Source: an uncultured Gammaproteobacteria bacterium (GTDB lineage Bacteria; Patescibacteriota; Patescibacteriia; Magasanikbacterales; GWA2-37-8). From it: DNA of 64,000 nucleotides. Of the stretch, positions 23,101 through 31,741 are shown piece by piece. The translations under genes and the position numbers were made by a program. The DNA lies in assembly GCA_964619625.1 (NCBI GenBank), contig CAZUFD010000001.1, positions 59,316-123,315 of the forward strand, in the 5' to 3' direction. Numbering within the stretch: position 1 is the first letter of the stretch; each line of letters opens with the position of its first letter. The notes under the pieces were generated by a model. It was not told where the DNA came from, searched no databases, and saw only the letters and a list, made by a program, of their open reading frames with translations.

Positions 23101-24757
23101 TATTAGAAATGGTTTGATTACAAAATATAATGGTCCAGTTTGGAATGTAGTAAGAAAGAACGGAAACGATCCAAATGAAGAAATAATTCAAAATGCTCAG
23201 CAGCTTTATAAAGAAGCTGTTAGTTTGGCACCTGGTCAGTATGTTTGGTCCGATGGACGAGATAGTAGATATTGGTATATACGTCATGATGATGGCCAAG
23301 GCGACGGTAACGATCATTATCAGTATGCTGATCCATATTCAGCTGCCACCGGCCCTTTTGCTGATCTGTTAAGATCAGACTGCGCTGGCAGTATAGATGT
23401 AAATGGTAGGGATGACTATCAAGGTGCTTGTTTAGGTATAAATGTAGATGATAACGATGATGGTTGTGCGATAAGGGTAGTCTTTGATCCGGATGGTCGT
23501 TTAAATAGAGTAAACCTGGTTTGTTTTACCGGTGATAGCGCTCAAAATGAAGGAAGATATTTCAATGTTTACGTAGGGCTGCGCGAACCTTGCGCCAATA
23601 TTGCTCAAACCGAAACAAATCCGTATACATCCGTTGGTTGGACAGACAGGTTGTGGCGTCAAAGTACATTTGCAATCCCAACATTAAATTATCGTAATTC
23701 ACTTATCAGTTCTCCATACGGTAGTTTGGCTATGCCAAGTTCACTTGTGCCGGATAAATTAATTAATCTCTTTACCCATTACAACAGCACTGTCTTTGAT
23801 CCGCCGCCTGCGGTGGCCGGTGCTCCTTATTCTTGTATTGGCACTTGTTTACAGACCAATCCAACGGCTCAAGAAGGTTTGTCTGGCACGGCCAGCCAAA
23901 GAACAGGTTTTCAAGGCCAAGAAAGTCTGGGACAAATTTTTGCCAAAGTTGATAATGTTTGGAATTGGGGCTTTAGTACTGTCAATTCAGCCTGGTCGTA
24001 TCAAGCAAATACAAGTCTTACTTATAACTTTACCGAAAGATCATCCGATGCCAATGCTCCGCAAGTCCGCGCTTTGGGAGCCTGCAGACCCGGAGGAAAA
24101 TGTTTGGAAGGTAATGTTGCCGGTATGAGTATAAACGATAGAGCCAGCGGTGATATCGTGTTTAATAGCAACGTTGGTGTTGTTAATGCCAAATTCTTTG
24201 GCTTTGCCAACCAAGATCAAATGCCAATTAGAAAAATTAAATTGGATTGGGGAGACGGCAATGTTGTTTCTCTAGACGGTTATTTCCGTAATCAGCGCGG
24301 CACTGTAAATGGTACCTGCGGATCTGGCGGCACTTGTCTGATTGGCTCGGTTGCCACAGGCAAGTCATGTTCCTCAAACAGCGATTGTACGAATATGGAT
24401 AATTGTTTTGCCGAAAGTCAGGCGCCAAACTTTGGACAGATTGCCGGTAAAACTTGTGACTCCGCCTATTTCCGATTTGATCATGTCTATCAGTGTTCTC
24501 GCGAAAGCAGTAGTTGGACAAATAGTTGTCCGAACGCGCAAGCCCAGAGTTTGTATGGCGGCTGTTGCGCGTTCCAGCCAAAAGTTCAATTAAAAGATAA
24601 TTGGGGATGGTGTAATGGAACTTGTACCGGCGGAGTTGGTGGCAATGGCTGCTATGATAGAGATTGGGGACCGGTGTTAGATCAAAGTTTAGAATGTAAT
24701 TCTTCGGGCGCATATACTCCGTTTGCCGGCAGGATTATAGTTATCCCGAATGATTAA
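17177..24757 (+). CDS. Giant Cys-rich secreted/surface protein (~2,526 aa)
   Basis: Signal-peptide-like N-terminus (..QPAKA); very many Cys; CxxDxDC repeats; CBM-like segment at ~20180-20560; C-terminal DWGDG. Confidence 0.85.
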   Translation: MTKFQKFGIKFLLAVFTFITIGGSLFYVQPAKAFPVEITWDPGYVWSVYKSFIKDAAVSISIQTFSYFLRRVAYDSAVWLASGGKGQASFAYGKNFGDYLKDVGDSAAGVAIEALGEDFGFNLCKIPDPKIDLAMRIGLTYKFMDLKPDLNTGPGVREPTCTWSTFQNDVLSVDNWQSQFGSSDSIARKFNVAFSVEQTDIGILRGATDKINKYVAKKIEAETLQRQEGEGYLPKTTLISGDILAPGKNISEEAQAQNPNKQIEAAQAGFLTTLGTGAVGTIASAGSIFFNTLASQMLKNWQNKGMLPFGIGCVAGVGTECKDVQDTLSNLQGQVSRGGRQAAQALFSDLLTPPNIAVDQYNVLVNFTNCPTSPGPDNCVADAGLAQAAQEANSGRTVTIAEALEKNWLHAEWRLVSPDRVADNVDPGCHQRAYCYANIAKLRKARILPLGFEIAALNSNPDQPWTLKQVVDGFNDCNFIRDVNGNVVGVDNDPVNKPFCRLIDPNWVLKAPSSKCNFMAYGTSPYFSGTPNRIQECVNMSTCVAYDKDGNCATQGYCTREKNVWKIDAAKCDSQNRTCRTFQDSTGKTVSYLYRTLDTGFCNQDTVGCAEYSLKQNTAGNWVGYAENDLGSLGENSSVYFNNKVSTNCSSNSDGCSSFQVANSSEKLYLKKAPYYSQCYDTDLSTAAIDWPRTASDLNRLPNKPACNNYSQACIADEVNCNWYSPTSYTGDNIPGKYTPATVLEGQIVWNDQCDARCVGYAAYREMPSNYSNGQPVSYIIPSSGNSCNAVDEGCASFTNLGTTEGGLEKVEHYSYLRPCILPDTTKQKTFFTYEGSAVGGFQLKSFVLEKDTDGSPKYFYRTADDLATYAATCSQSLYQQGLANPDCRQFNDDQGAVYYKLLSKTIAVASNCTPFRLNDTELHDVALNEVNCLAQRGKWDATAGSCQVCFQNGEYRDGECFYYGLPGSTPNTAGTSKPCAAAVNTCRAYKGNTGNNVRNIFTNNFEQAVASDALAGWGPSADIAQSLESTRSGEHSLSYNGTGAVYKDILLTPGESYDLTFWAKGAVGETVTVTLENNQVSNLGTISVGDAWQNYHLGPIELAGNVSSTKLQFAVNGRLFLDNVRLKEVADFIYLVKNSLSVDPVCDSNLNDNLPGEALGCSQYQTPDNRPIYLTGFTSLCREKAIGCTAVYDTRNTPDEVGPRAYNVWLSGPEGQSTSRNIIGTEYRCQVALGQKGCYVHVTGANLSAIVAGGGAIVTSTIYVQPDSPTTTPLYLVASREATCSPVDLGCTKAGKLVQTPTGPTYTEVIVKKDPSSFNTTLCQQEAVGCNAYSSSDGALYFKDPQYLGQKVCAYRDNITKNGVRYNGWFWKGVGKCGAGAVSDPFCTKDSDCAAGVTCNQKDEQPCYPNYLQSGNSYGLWSYGVSSSYNNFVGECPATQNGCTEFIDRNENNKTYYLINDDRLKTQQTECNGQISEKSGCILLDKTDSPNKLWNTAASYAASAGQNNNLVAPVAGTGTATNDANVILKVSRDRECGEWLQCRSSHRVFDTQSGSYKEVCDAIGRCNKSLDSYSNTDFINCSNWLDNNHELSNQILTDDAYRNRNTTWKGQDFSGYSILNTFPVEELSEVNVGNATVADWRLAKTLACGGGPNCRSAADLNSPSCRSTSVGLPCGRNNAGVCLGSVNPVCVQDLDSPAVGVPRQSIAPSCRAYPEETSPFPNSQAINESLAFNSVNTCNENPGFSNDPAKYNSCECNYTKVTYGDAITKYWNFSNPNNEGILDANNQNLQGVVSGICVGGDSADRACDSDSDCAGGSCQKLKKQSRLIGWQGYCVEPDLSRPLNAEQNSFACLTWFPKDNITGAFDINNQHVEAGFQATETNGKYYCLEAKGYQETNSNTAVNGTGALTYNKLLGGVLVDHNGSNNTTNREKRVIAVSSGRPIYRDEIDYILISPGTGGGSWFPNTSEPFLSFYIRNGLITKYNGPVWNVVRKNGNDPNEEIIQNAQQLYKEAVSLAPGQYVWSDGRDSRYWYIRHDDGQGDGNDHYQYADPYSAATGPFADLLRSDCAGSIDVNGRDDYQGACLGINVDDNDDGCAIRVVFDPDGRLNRVNLVCFTGDSAQNEGRYFNVYVGLREPCANIAQTETNPYTSVGWTDRLWRQSTFAIPTLNYRNSLISSPYGSLAMPSSLVPDKLINLFTHYNSTVFDPPPAVAGAPYSCIGTCLQTNPTAQEGLSGTASQRTGFQGQESLGQIFAKVDNVWNWGFSTVNSAWSYQANTSLTYNFTERSSDANAPQVRALGACRPGGKCLEGNVAGMSINDRASGDIVFNSNVGVVNAKFFGFANQDQMPIRKIKLDWGDGNVVSLDGYFRNQRGTVNGTCGSGGTCLIGSVATGKSCSSNSDCTNMDNCFAESQAPNFGQIAGKTCDSAYFRFDHVYQCSRESSSWTNSCPNAQAQSLYGGCCAFQPKVQLKDNWGWCNGTCTGGVGGNGCYDRDWGPVLDQSLECNSSGAYTPFAGRIIVIPND

Positions 24758-24768
24758 AATTTATAGAT

Positions 24769-24802
24769 AACAAAAAATCTCCCAAATGGGAGATTTTTTG
24801 TT
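24769..24802. terminator. Bidirectional terminator
   Basis: AACAAAAAATCTCCCA-AA-TGGGAGATTTTTTGTT. Confidence 0.85.
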
Positions 24803-24889
24803 CTACTCAAAAGAAGAGATTCTTCTGTTAAGTTGAAGGCGCGGCTCGGACAGTTGAAGGTCCGGCTCGCGCTGGTTGATGGTGGGGTG

Positions 24890-25324
24890 TTAGCCGCATG
24901 TACATTGCTGGGTGTGGTTCGCCGTCGTGGTGCAAGCGAAGCGTCCGTCGTCCTGGAAGTCCTCCAAAGTCGGCATTGCCTGACATGCCTCCAGACAGAA
25001 GGCGTAACAGGTGCCATTCTCTACGACAAACCGCAAGGTGCAGCTGTTCCAGCTGTTATCACCGAGGTTGCACGAACATGCCGTTTGCGTGACCTGTGTG
25101 CGGTACATCGCACAGACATCCGTCGGCGCATCAGTCATGGTCGTGTTGGCGTCGGGGCAGGTGGCGGAGTTGCCGCAACCATTGCCGTCGGGGGGCAGGT
25201 TGCCACCATCCACTTCCGTGGTGTCGTCATCACCATCGTCGGGCGAACTGCCGCAGCCGGCGGTCAGTGCCAGGACCAGGAAGACGAGGGAAACAGCCTT
25301 CGTAACCGTGTAGTTGTAGCTCAT
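24890..25324 (-). CDS. GC-rich Cys-rich lipoprotein, hypothetical
   Basis: Lipobox LTAG-C after a hydrophobic stretch; acidic linker; AAGGAG SD; upstream consensus promoter. Confidence 0.7.
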   Translation of the reverse strand: MSYNYTVTKAVSLVFLVLALTAGCGSSPDDGDDDTTEVDGGNLPPDGNGCGNSATCPDANTTMTDAPTDVCAMYRTQVTQTACSCNLGDNSWNSCTLRFVVENGTCYAFCLEACQAMPTLEDFQDDGRFACTTTANHTQQCTCG

Positions 25325-25555
25325 CTGAGTCTCCTTCGTCGCTTATGGCGACTTGTTGGGAATTGGGTCGCCTTGGGCGACGAGGTAAGCGTGACGATTA
25401 CCTAGGTCATTAACTGCCTCGTTTTTCGGAGCAATTAGCGACCTGGGTAATCCCGCTTTACTTATGTTTTTTCCACCATCAATTATTGGCTAAATTTGGA
25501 GTTTCCTCTAAAGTTAGCACTTTTTAAAGAGCGTGTTATCTTACGATAACGACCA

Positions 25556-25584
25556 ATTATAGCATATTTTCAGGGTTTTGTCAA
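25556..25584 (-). promoter_or_regulatory. Consensus sigma70 promoter for the lipoprotein gene
   Basis: TTGACA-N17-TATAAT with extended -10 TG on the minus strand. Confidence 0.8.
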
Positions 25585-25731
25585 CCCTGGCCGTAGCCAT
25601 AGTAGGATGCACAAAAAAGTCCTCGCACGCACCCCATTCTTTGTTTGAGAAAATTTTTATCAAACAAAGAACAGGCACCTGCTATGTATGCGCCTACCGG
25701 AAAAATCATTCGTTTCTTATTTCTTAAATCA

Positions 25732-25816
25732 TTATACACCCTATTGCCGTTATTGTTACATAGGCACTTATGCACAGCCCATAAACTCATAAAAAATATT
25801 GTTTCTTTTATCCACA
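25732..25816 (+). promoter_or_regulatory. Three co-oriented DnaA-box-like 9-mers
   Basis: TTATACACC (25732), TTATGCACA (25768), perfect TTATCCACA (25808). Confidence 0.45.
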
Positions 25817-25894
25817 ATTCGCTTTTTTAAGCGGCTTTTTAATTGTTGACTGAGCCAAAATATGATACAATTACTTTACCATAATTGATACAGA

Positions 25895-28800
25895 ATGCTT
25901 GCGAGACTTAAAAATAATTTATTTTTGGTTTTCAGTAAAGGCTGGAATTTTTTGCGTCCTCGTCAGAAGCTTGGGTTAATCAGTTTTGTAATTATTTCAA
26001 GTTTAATTATAGCTGTCTGGTTTATATTCACTCCCGTATCTTACGCGCAGAGTTTGGCTGGGGCGGGTGAGTGGCTTCTGGAATTATTTTCCGATCTTCT
26101 CTTTGCGCTTGCCGGTCTTTTTATTAAGCTAACTTTTTTCTCTCTAAAATTTATTATAGAAGTAGCCGGCTACAATGGCTTTATAGATTCTCCGGCGGTA
26201 ATTGTTGGCTGGGTAATGGTGCGCGACATTACCAATATGTTTTTTGTGGTGGTACTGCTTATTATATCTTTCGGCACGATTTTGGGCTTAGAACAATATG
26301 AATATAAAAAATTATTGGTCAAGCTTCTCATGGCTGCAGTTATCGTAAATTTTAGCCGTCTGATCTGCGGACTCATTATAGATATTGCCCAAGTGGTGAT
26401 GATCACATTTGTAAACGGAATTGCGGCCACGGCGAGCGGCAACTTGGTAAACATGTTTCAGGTAGATCAGATATTTAAATTGGCTGAAGGACAAACAACC
26501 AAAGTTGGTTCTACCTTTGAAATTTTTTTGGCAGCCGTAGCCGCGATTGTGTTTGCCACCATGATGCTTGTTACCATGCTAACTTTTTTGTTTTTACTCT
26601 TGGCGCGTATGGCCATGCTTTGGGTGCTCATCGTTTTATCTCCATTTGCCTTTGTGTTAAATGTTTTGCCGCAGACAGAAAAATACGCCAGTCAGTGGTG
26701 GGAGCAGTTTGGAGGCCATGTCGTAGCCGGCCCCATCATTGCTTTTTTTCTTTGGTTGTCATTTGTAACCGTCGGCGCGGGCACGGCTTTTGATGAAATT
26801 AAAAAACATAATGCTTTGCCGCAAGATCAAACTACCGTCTCGCCTGAAGAAGAGCAAACTGGCGTTACTCAAATCATGAGTTGGGCAAAGATGGCAAATT
26901 TTGCAATTGCAATTGCAATGCTGCTTGCGGGCGCGAAAATGGCTGAACAGCTTGGTGTAGTTGGCGGAGGTTTGATGGGCAAAGCCGGAGAGCTCGGAGG
27001 GAAAGTTGCCAGGTATGCTTCCGGTTTACAGGCTGCCAGATGGACTGCGGGTAATGTGCTAAAGCCGGCAGCCAAGTTAGCTGGGCAGGGTCTTTATTAT
27101 GGAACTAATAGAATTCCAGGACTTGCCGGTATTCATCCCGAAGCTTGGAAGCGCAGAGGTAGGAATATTAAAAGCAGAGTGGTAGGTTGGTATAATGAAG
27201 GAAAAGTTAAAGGCACGGTACAAGCCGGAGAAATTTCTAAAGCTTTTAAAGTAAATAAAAAAGGCGAGTATGTAAAGGGTAAAGAAAAAGTAAAAAAGGT
27301 AGATGAGAAGGGTGATATTATGTATGAAAAGGATGAACATGGTAATTATAAGCTCGATAAACAAGGAAATAAAATTGCCATGTACGAAGAAGCAAGAGAC
27401 AAGGAAGGGAACATTTTGAGAGATAAGGATAACAATGTTATTTATAAAGAACAAGAAATTTTGCAGAGCGGTGCGGGTGATTGGTTTAAACGGCAATTTG
27501 CGCGCGCAAGATTAGAGTTTGGAGGGGGTTATGATGCTTTCCATCAGGCTTATTCTGAAGATTTGGAAGCAACAGCAGAAGCGAAGCATGAACAGCTTGA
27601 TCATTTGGCAAGTACTAGCAGTTTGCCTGTAGGTTTGGAGAAACAAAAAGCCAAGGAGTGGCTAGAATTTTTGGAACATACAGGTACTGATATTAAACTC
27701 GGAAAAGCAGCAGATATGGATAAGCTGCGAGAGGATATCATGCACACTATTGAACATGGTGGGCCAGATGTAAATAAAAATCTTGCGAAGCTTGGCTTGA
27801 ATGACAAGGAAATCTTTAAGGCAAAAGAAGGTTTTGACAGGTTTAATAGATCAATGCAGTATAAGGCTAGTACTAAAGTTGCAAAAGAATATGTTGGAGA
27901 AGAGCATAAGAAGCAAGAATTAAAGGCATTACAAAAATATCTTGGAAAAGCAGAAGGTGTTACTTTGGAGAGCAAGACAGCCGAATTAAAAGCAGGGACA
28001 AAACAGATTGAAGAAAAACTGCAGTCACAAAAAGAATTGGAGGAGTTAAAAGAAATAAAGAAATTGCTAGAAGGAAAGGGTGAAAAAGTTCAAGCAGTTA
28101 TACTCTCTACCAGAGCCGAGCTTTTAAATTCTAAAGAGGCTGTAGATATAAAAAATGAAGAAGACAGTTTGCGCGCGCGAGCCCGAGATTATGTAAAGCG
28201 CGGAGAAGAAGATAAGGCGGAAGCGTATCTGAGAAGAGCTGATTCTTTGGGTTTGGAAAAAGCCAGAGAAGCAACCAAAAATTTGTCTGGTGATGAAATG
28301 GCAGCGCGCGCGGCTCTTTTAGCAAACAGGTTAGTTGCAGCTAGAAAAGTTGGTAATGAAGATGAGATTAATGCTTTGGTTCAAAAGTTAGCAGTGCTTA
28401 GAAGTACTGCTATGACCCAGCCTGCCTGGATTAGTCCAGTGGTAGATCGCGAGATAGAAAGAGCTATAGGTATCACTGCTGCCCAAAAGGCTGGCATGAC
28501 ACCGCAACAATATAATTTATCTTTGGATTTAGGTAAAATTTCTGGTGTTAAAAGAGTCGCGACTGACGCAGGCGAGTTAGAAAGTCGTTTAGGGGGTCCA
28601 GCAAAAAATCAAGCTTATTTAAGAGATAGAAGATTGGCAGTAGAAAGCGCTCTTGAGAAGTCAAGGCGCGAGGTTGCGGGAACAATTGAACCTGATTATG
28701 ATAGAGACAAAGGAAAGGTAATATATAGAGTGGTGACAGTTGCAGATTCAAAAAAATCAGATGCTGAGTATATGGCTTGGAGTAAGAAGGTAGATTTAAC

Positions 28801-29080
28801 CACTTCAGCCGGAGCCCCTATTTCTAATTTAGGTCGTGATACAAGCGGTAAGATTTTAAAAGAAGCTTTACAAACATGCGCAACAGAAGTTGAATTAATG
28901 GCCAGCAAGCTGGCAGGTTTAACTGCAAATCAGTTCAATAGAATTCCTAAAGTTATTGAGGATTTGCAAAAATCAGATGATGAAGTAAAAAAAGCGATAG
29001 TAGCAATGGTTCAGGCAAATGATGGTCATAATAAAGATTTCTTGAAACAATTAAAGTCTGCCTTAAATGTTGAAGATTAA
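25895..29080 (+). CDS. VirB6/TrbL-like polytopic membrane protein with a long charged C-terminal tail
   Basis: GWVMVRDITNMFF, VNFSRLICGLIID and LSPFAF..LP..WW motifs; lies upstream of PrgI/VirB4. Confidence 0.7.
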   Translation: MLARLKNNLFLVFSKGWNFLRPRQKLGLISFVIISSLIIAVWFIFTPVSYAQSLAGAGEWLLELFSDLLFALAGLFIKLTFFSLKFIIEVAGYNGFIDSPAVIVGWVMVRDITNMFFVVVLLIISFGTILGLEQYEYKKLLVKLLMAAVIVNFSRLICGLIIDIAQVVMITFVNGIAATASGNLVNMFQVDQIFKLAEGQTTKVGSTFEIFLAAVAAIVFATMMLVTMLTFLFLLLARMAMLWVLIVLSPFAFVLNVLPQTEKYASQWWEQFGGHVVAGPIIAFFLWLSFVTVGAGTAFDEIKKHNALPQDQTTVSPEEEQTGVTQIMSWAKMANFAIAIAMLLAGAKMAEQLGVVGGGLMGKAGELGGKVARYASGLQAARWTAGNVLKPAAKLAGQGLYYGTNRIPGLAGIHPEAWKRRGRNIKSRVVGWYNEGKVKGTVQAGEISKAFKVNKKGEYVKGKEKVKKVDEKGDIMYEKDEHGNYKLDKQGNKIAMYEEARDKEGNILRDKDNNVIYKEQEILQSGAGDWFKRQFARARLEFGGGYDAFHQAYSEDLEATAEAKHEQLDHLASTSSLPVGLEKQKAKEWLEFLEHTGTDIKLGKAADMDKLREDIMHTIEHGGPDVNKNLAKLGLNDKEIFKAKEGFDRFNRSMQYKASTKVAKEYVGEEHKKQELKALQKYLGKAEGVTLESKTAELKAGTKQIEEKLQSQKELEELKEIKKLLEGKGEKVQAVILSTRAELLNSKEAVDIKNEEDSLRARARDYVKRGEEDKAEAYLRRADSLGLEKAREATKNLSGDEMAARAALLANRLVAARKVGNEDEINALVQKLAVLRSTAMTQPAWISPVVDREIERAIGITAAQKAGMTPQQYNLSLDLGKISGVKRVATDAGELESRLGGPAKNQAYLRDRRLAVESALEKSRREVAGTIEPDYDRDKGKVIYRVVTVADSKKSDAEYMAWSKKVDLTTSAGAPISNLGRDTSGKILKEALQTCATEVELMASKLAGLTANQFNRIPKVIEDLQKSDDEVKKAIVAMVQANDGHNKDFLKQLKSALNVED

Positions 29081-29085
29081 TTTGT

Positions 29086-30096
29086 ATGTCGGTATATCCA
29101 AATTTTAAAAATTTATCTCCTGCGGAACTTGAGCAAGAAGAATTAAGATTTAATTCTAAAATTAGTAATGCGGAATTAGCCGATGAGGCGTGGGAACAGC
29201 TCGCTAATTTATTTGATCAAAATTCAGATTTGAAACAGGCCTATAGGGTTTCTTATTGGAGATGGTTTGTGATATTAAGCTGGCAAAAAGTATACGCGGT
29301 TTCTCCGGAGATGCTGCTACTCATGATGAAAGACCAAGTTCCTGCGGCAATATTTTCTAATGTTGACGTACTTGAGGTACTTCTGCGGTATTTGGCTCAA
29401 AATTTTTATTCTCGAGATGATGCCGGTATTTTTATTAATAAATTAAAATCAGAATTTTTCGGATCGGAAATGGTTTTTGGAGACTGGCAAGGACAAAACA
29501 TTAAAATAAAAGATATTATTTCCGAATATTTTTTATTGAATAAAAGAGGCGCTGACTCAATAGAGACCGCGGAATTTATCAATAAATTAAGACAGTTGAT
29601 GTTTCCAAAAGATGCGTTATCATATGCTTATGTAGACCCAGATGAAGGGGTAAACAGATTTTTGGCTTTGATTAATTTTTTTCAAGATATAGATGATGAT
29701 AAGAAAATTCGTGACGTGTTAAATATGTTTTTGCTTCCCGAGAATGCCCCTGGCATTATTCAGGGAGAAAATGCTAATGAAAGCCTAGAATCAACAGCGG
29801 AAGAAACTGGGCCAGTGCCTCAACCAGCTACAGAAGAAAAAACTGAAGTTGAAAAAAATATTGTGCAACCTAGCTATCAAAAAATCCCAGCAGTAGAGCC
29901 GCAAGCTCGGCTCACAGCGGAACAGGTAAAATCCCAAATAGAAAAAGAATTTAAAAAAGACGCGGAAGGAAACTTTGAAAATATAGAAGGTGTCATGCAA
30001 AAACTGGCTGAATTATCGGAAAAATATAATGATCCTAGAGTTGCGGACATGTTGTATTTTGACGAAGAGTCAAATCAATTTAAGTGGAGCGTGTAA
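29086..30096 (+). CDS. Hypothetical protein
   Basis: Long ORF, operonic spacing. Confidence 0.75.
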   Translation: MSVYPNFKNLSPAELEQEELRFNSKISNAELADEAWEQLANLFDQNSDLKQAYRVSYWRWFVILSWQKVYAVSPEMLLLMMKDQVPAAIFSNVDVLEVLLRYLAQNFYSRDDAGIFINKLKSEFFGSEMVFGDWQGQNIKIKDIISEYFLLNKRGADSIETAEFINKLRQLMFPKDALSYAYVDPDEGVNRFLALINFFQDIDDDKKIRDVLNMFLLPENAPGIIQGENANESLESTAEETGPVPQPATEEKTEVEKNIVQPSYQKIPAVEPQARLTAEQVKSQIEKEFKKDAEGNFENIEGVMQKLAELSEKYNDPRVADMLYFDEESNQFKWSV

Positions 30097-30105
30097 CATG
30101 CATAT

Positions 30106-31299
30106 ATGGCCGAGCCAATGATTACAATTAAGAAGCCGGACGGAACTTTTACCAAAGTTCCGCTTAGTGAATTTAAAAAAATGCAGGCAAAACCTGCGCC
30201 AAGTCCTGCGGCTGCGTCTGTCCCGGCAGTTGAAATAAAAAAACAAATGGAAGCAGCAATTGAACCTGTTAAGAAAGAACCGGAAGTTGAAACACATAAG
30301 CCGCTCGCATCTCATGTTCATCGTGCGCATGCTGCTCACGCGGCATCTAAACATCCGGTAGAAATTAAAAAACATACATCCGCGCATCACGCAACTCACG
30401 CTCATAAAAAATTAACTCGTGAAGATGCCAAATCTCCGTTGGAGGAAAAGATGCCGGTAAAAACTGACGCGCCTATGGTGAGCGCTAAACGTGACGATCA
30501 GGTAGAGGAAGTGATCAGGAAAATTGGTTTTGGGGTGGCGCCGGATTTGCAAGGCAGATTGAAAAGTCTGATTCTGGCCAAGTTAAAAGATATAAAAAGT
30601 GAAGATGAGATGCGAGATATGCTTTTGCGTCCGGTAAAAAATAGCGGCTTGGGATTATCCGAAGGACAGGTAGAAAAAATTATTAAATTGTGTCGAGAAG
30701 TATTGGGAGCTAATGCTGCAAAAGCTGCAAGTGATAATGCGCAGACGCCAATTTTGAAAGGCAAATCCAGCGGCATGGCACTTATGGTAGAACCGCCCGA
30801 ATTACCAATGGTGATACCTGTAAAAAGCAGCTTTTCTGTGAAAAATTCCACTCCGCCGGTAGCGCCCAACAAATCCGCAACCGATACCATTGTTTCAAAG
30901 ATAATAAAGGAAAACATGGTTGACGAGCCGATGTTTAAAATTAGCAATAAGCCCGCAGTCAGACAAGTAGTACAAGATATTTCCGTTCCGGATATGGAAA
31001 TGGGACCGGTGGAAGAGTTTAAATCAATAACTATCACTGAATTTAGAAGATTGTCCAGCAATCCGGAAGAAGCGGCCAAACGACTATATCAAAAAATGTC
31101 CAATTTGCAAGAAGAATCATTCGTGTGGTATTTGGATGCAGTCGCGGCATATCATAACTCGCCGCTATATTTGGAATATATGTCGGTGGTAAGCCAGTCG
31201 CTGGCGGAAAGAAAATCACTGGCGAATGTACTTGCGGCAAAAAATGGTATAAAATTAAATGAGATGATGGCAATTATTGAAATGGAAAAAATGTTATAA
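30106..31299 (+). CDS. Hypothetical protein with low-complexity His/Ala/Pro-rich segments
   Basis: Long ORF in the operon; MGPVEEF C-terminal block. Confidence 0.75.
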   Translation: MAEPMITIKKPDGTFTKVPLSEFKKMQAKPAPSPAAASVPAVEIKKQMEAAIEPVKKEPEVETHKPLASHVHRAHAAHAASKHPVEIKKHTSAHHATHAHKKLTREDAKSPLEEKMPVKTDAPMVSAKRDDQVEEVIRKIGFGVAPDLQGRLKSLILAKLKDIKSEDEMRDMLLRPVKNSGLGLSEGQVEKIIKLCREVLGANAAKAASDNAQTPILKGKSSGMALMVEPPELPMVIPVKSSFSVKNSTPPVAPNKSATDTIVSKIIKENMVDEPMFKISNKPAVRQVVQDISVPDMEMGPVEEFKSITITEFRRLSSNPEEAAKRLYQKMSNLQEESFVWYLDAVAAYHNSPLYLEYMSVVSQSLAERKSLANVLAAKNGIKLNEMMAIIEMEKML

Positions 31300-31306
31300 T
31301 ATTAAT

Positions 31307-31741
31307 ATGGATCAATTTGTCGTGCCACAATTTATAGAAGTAGAAGATAAGATTTTTGGTCCAATTACGACCAGACAGTTTATTATTTTACTTGTGGCCG
31401 CTTTGATTTTATTTATCACTTTCAAATTAGCGGATACGGCCCTGTTTATTTTTTTGGCTGCGCTTATTGGCGGGTTGGCGCTAATTATCGCGTTTGTAAA
31501 AATAAACGGCCAGCCGTTTCATTATTTTTTACTAAATCTAGTTCAAACCGTTCGCCGCCCCAGTCGTAGGATTTGGTACAAAGATTTTACTAAGGCCGAA
31601 CTAACGGAATCAATTAAATCCGGAAAAATAGAGGTCGTAGAAGCCGTAAAAGAAGTGCCAAAAATGTCATATAGCCGTATTCGCGATCTGTCTCTTATTG
31701 TAAACACTGGCGGTTATTATAGTGGAAGCGAGCGAGAATAA
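31307..31741 (+). CDS. PrgI family (VirB3-like) membrane protein
   Basis: QFVVPQFIEVEDKIFGPITTRQF followed by 2 TM helices and KINGQPF. Confidence 0.85.
   Translation: MDQFVVPQFIEVEDKIFGPITTRQFIILLVAALILFITFKLADTALFIFLAALIGGLALIIAFVKINGQPFHYFLLNLVQTVRRPSRRIWYKDFTKAELTESIKSGKIEVVEAVKEVPKMSYSRIRDLSLIVNTGGYYSGSERE

Noticed and set aside
24833-25405. Plus-strand 190 aa ORF and other overlapping ORFs
   Set aside because: Shadows of the GC-rich minus-strand lipoprotein, which has the promoter, SD and lipobox
25514-25540. Second CIRCE-like site (TTAGCACTT)
   Set aside because: The right arm does not match GAGTGCTAA
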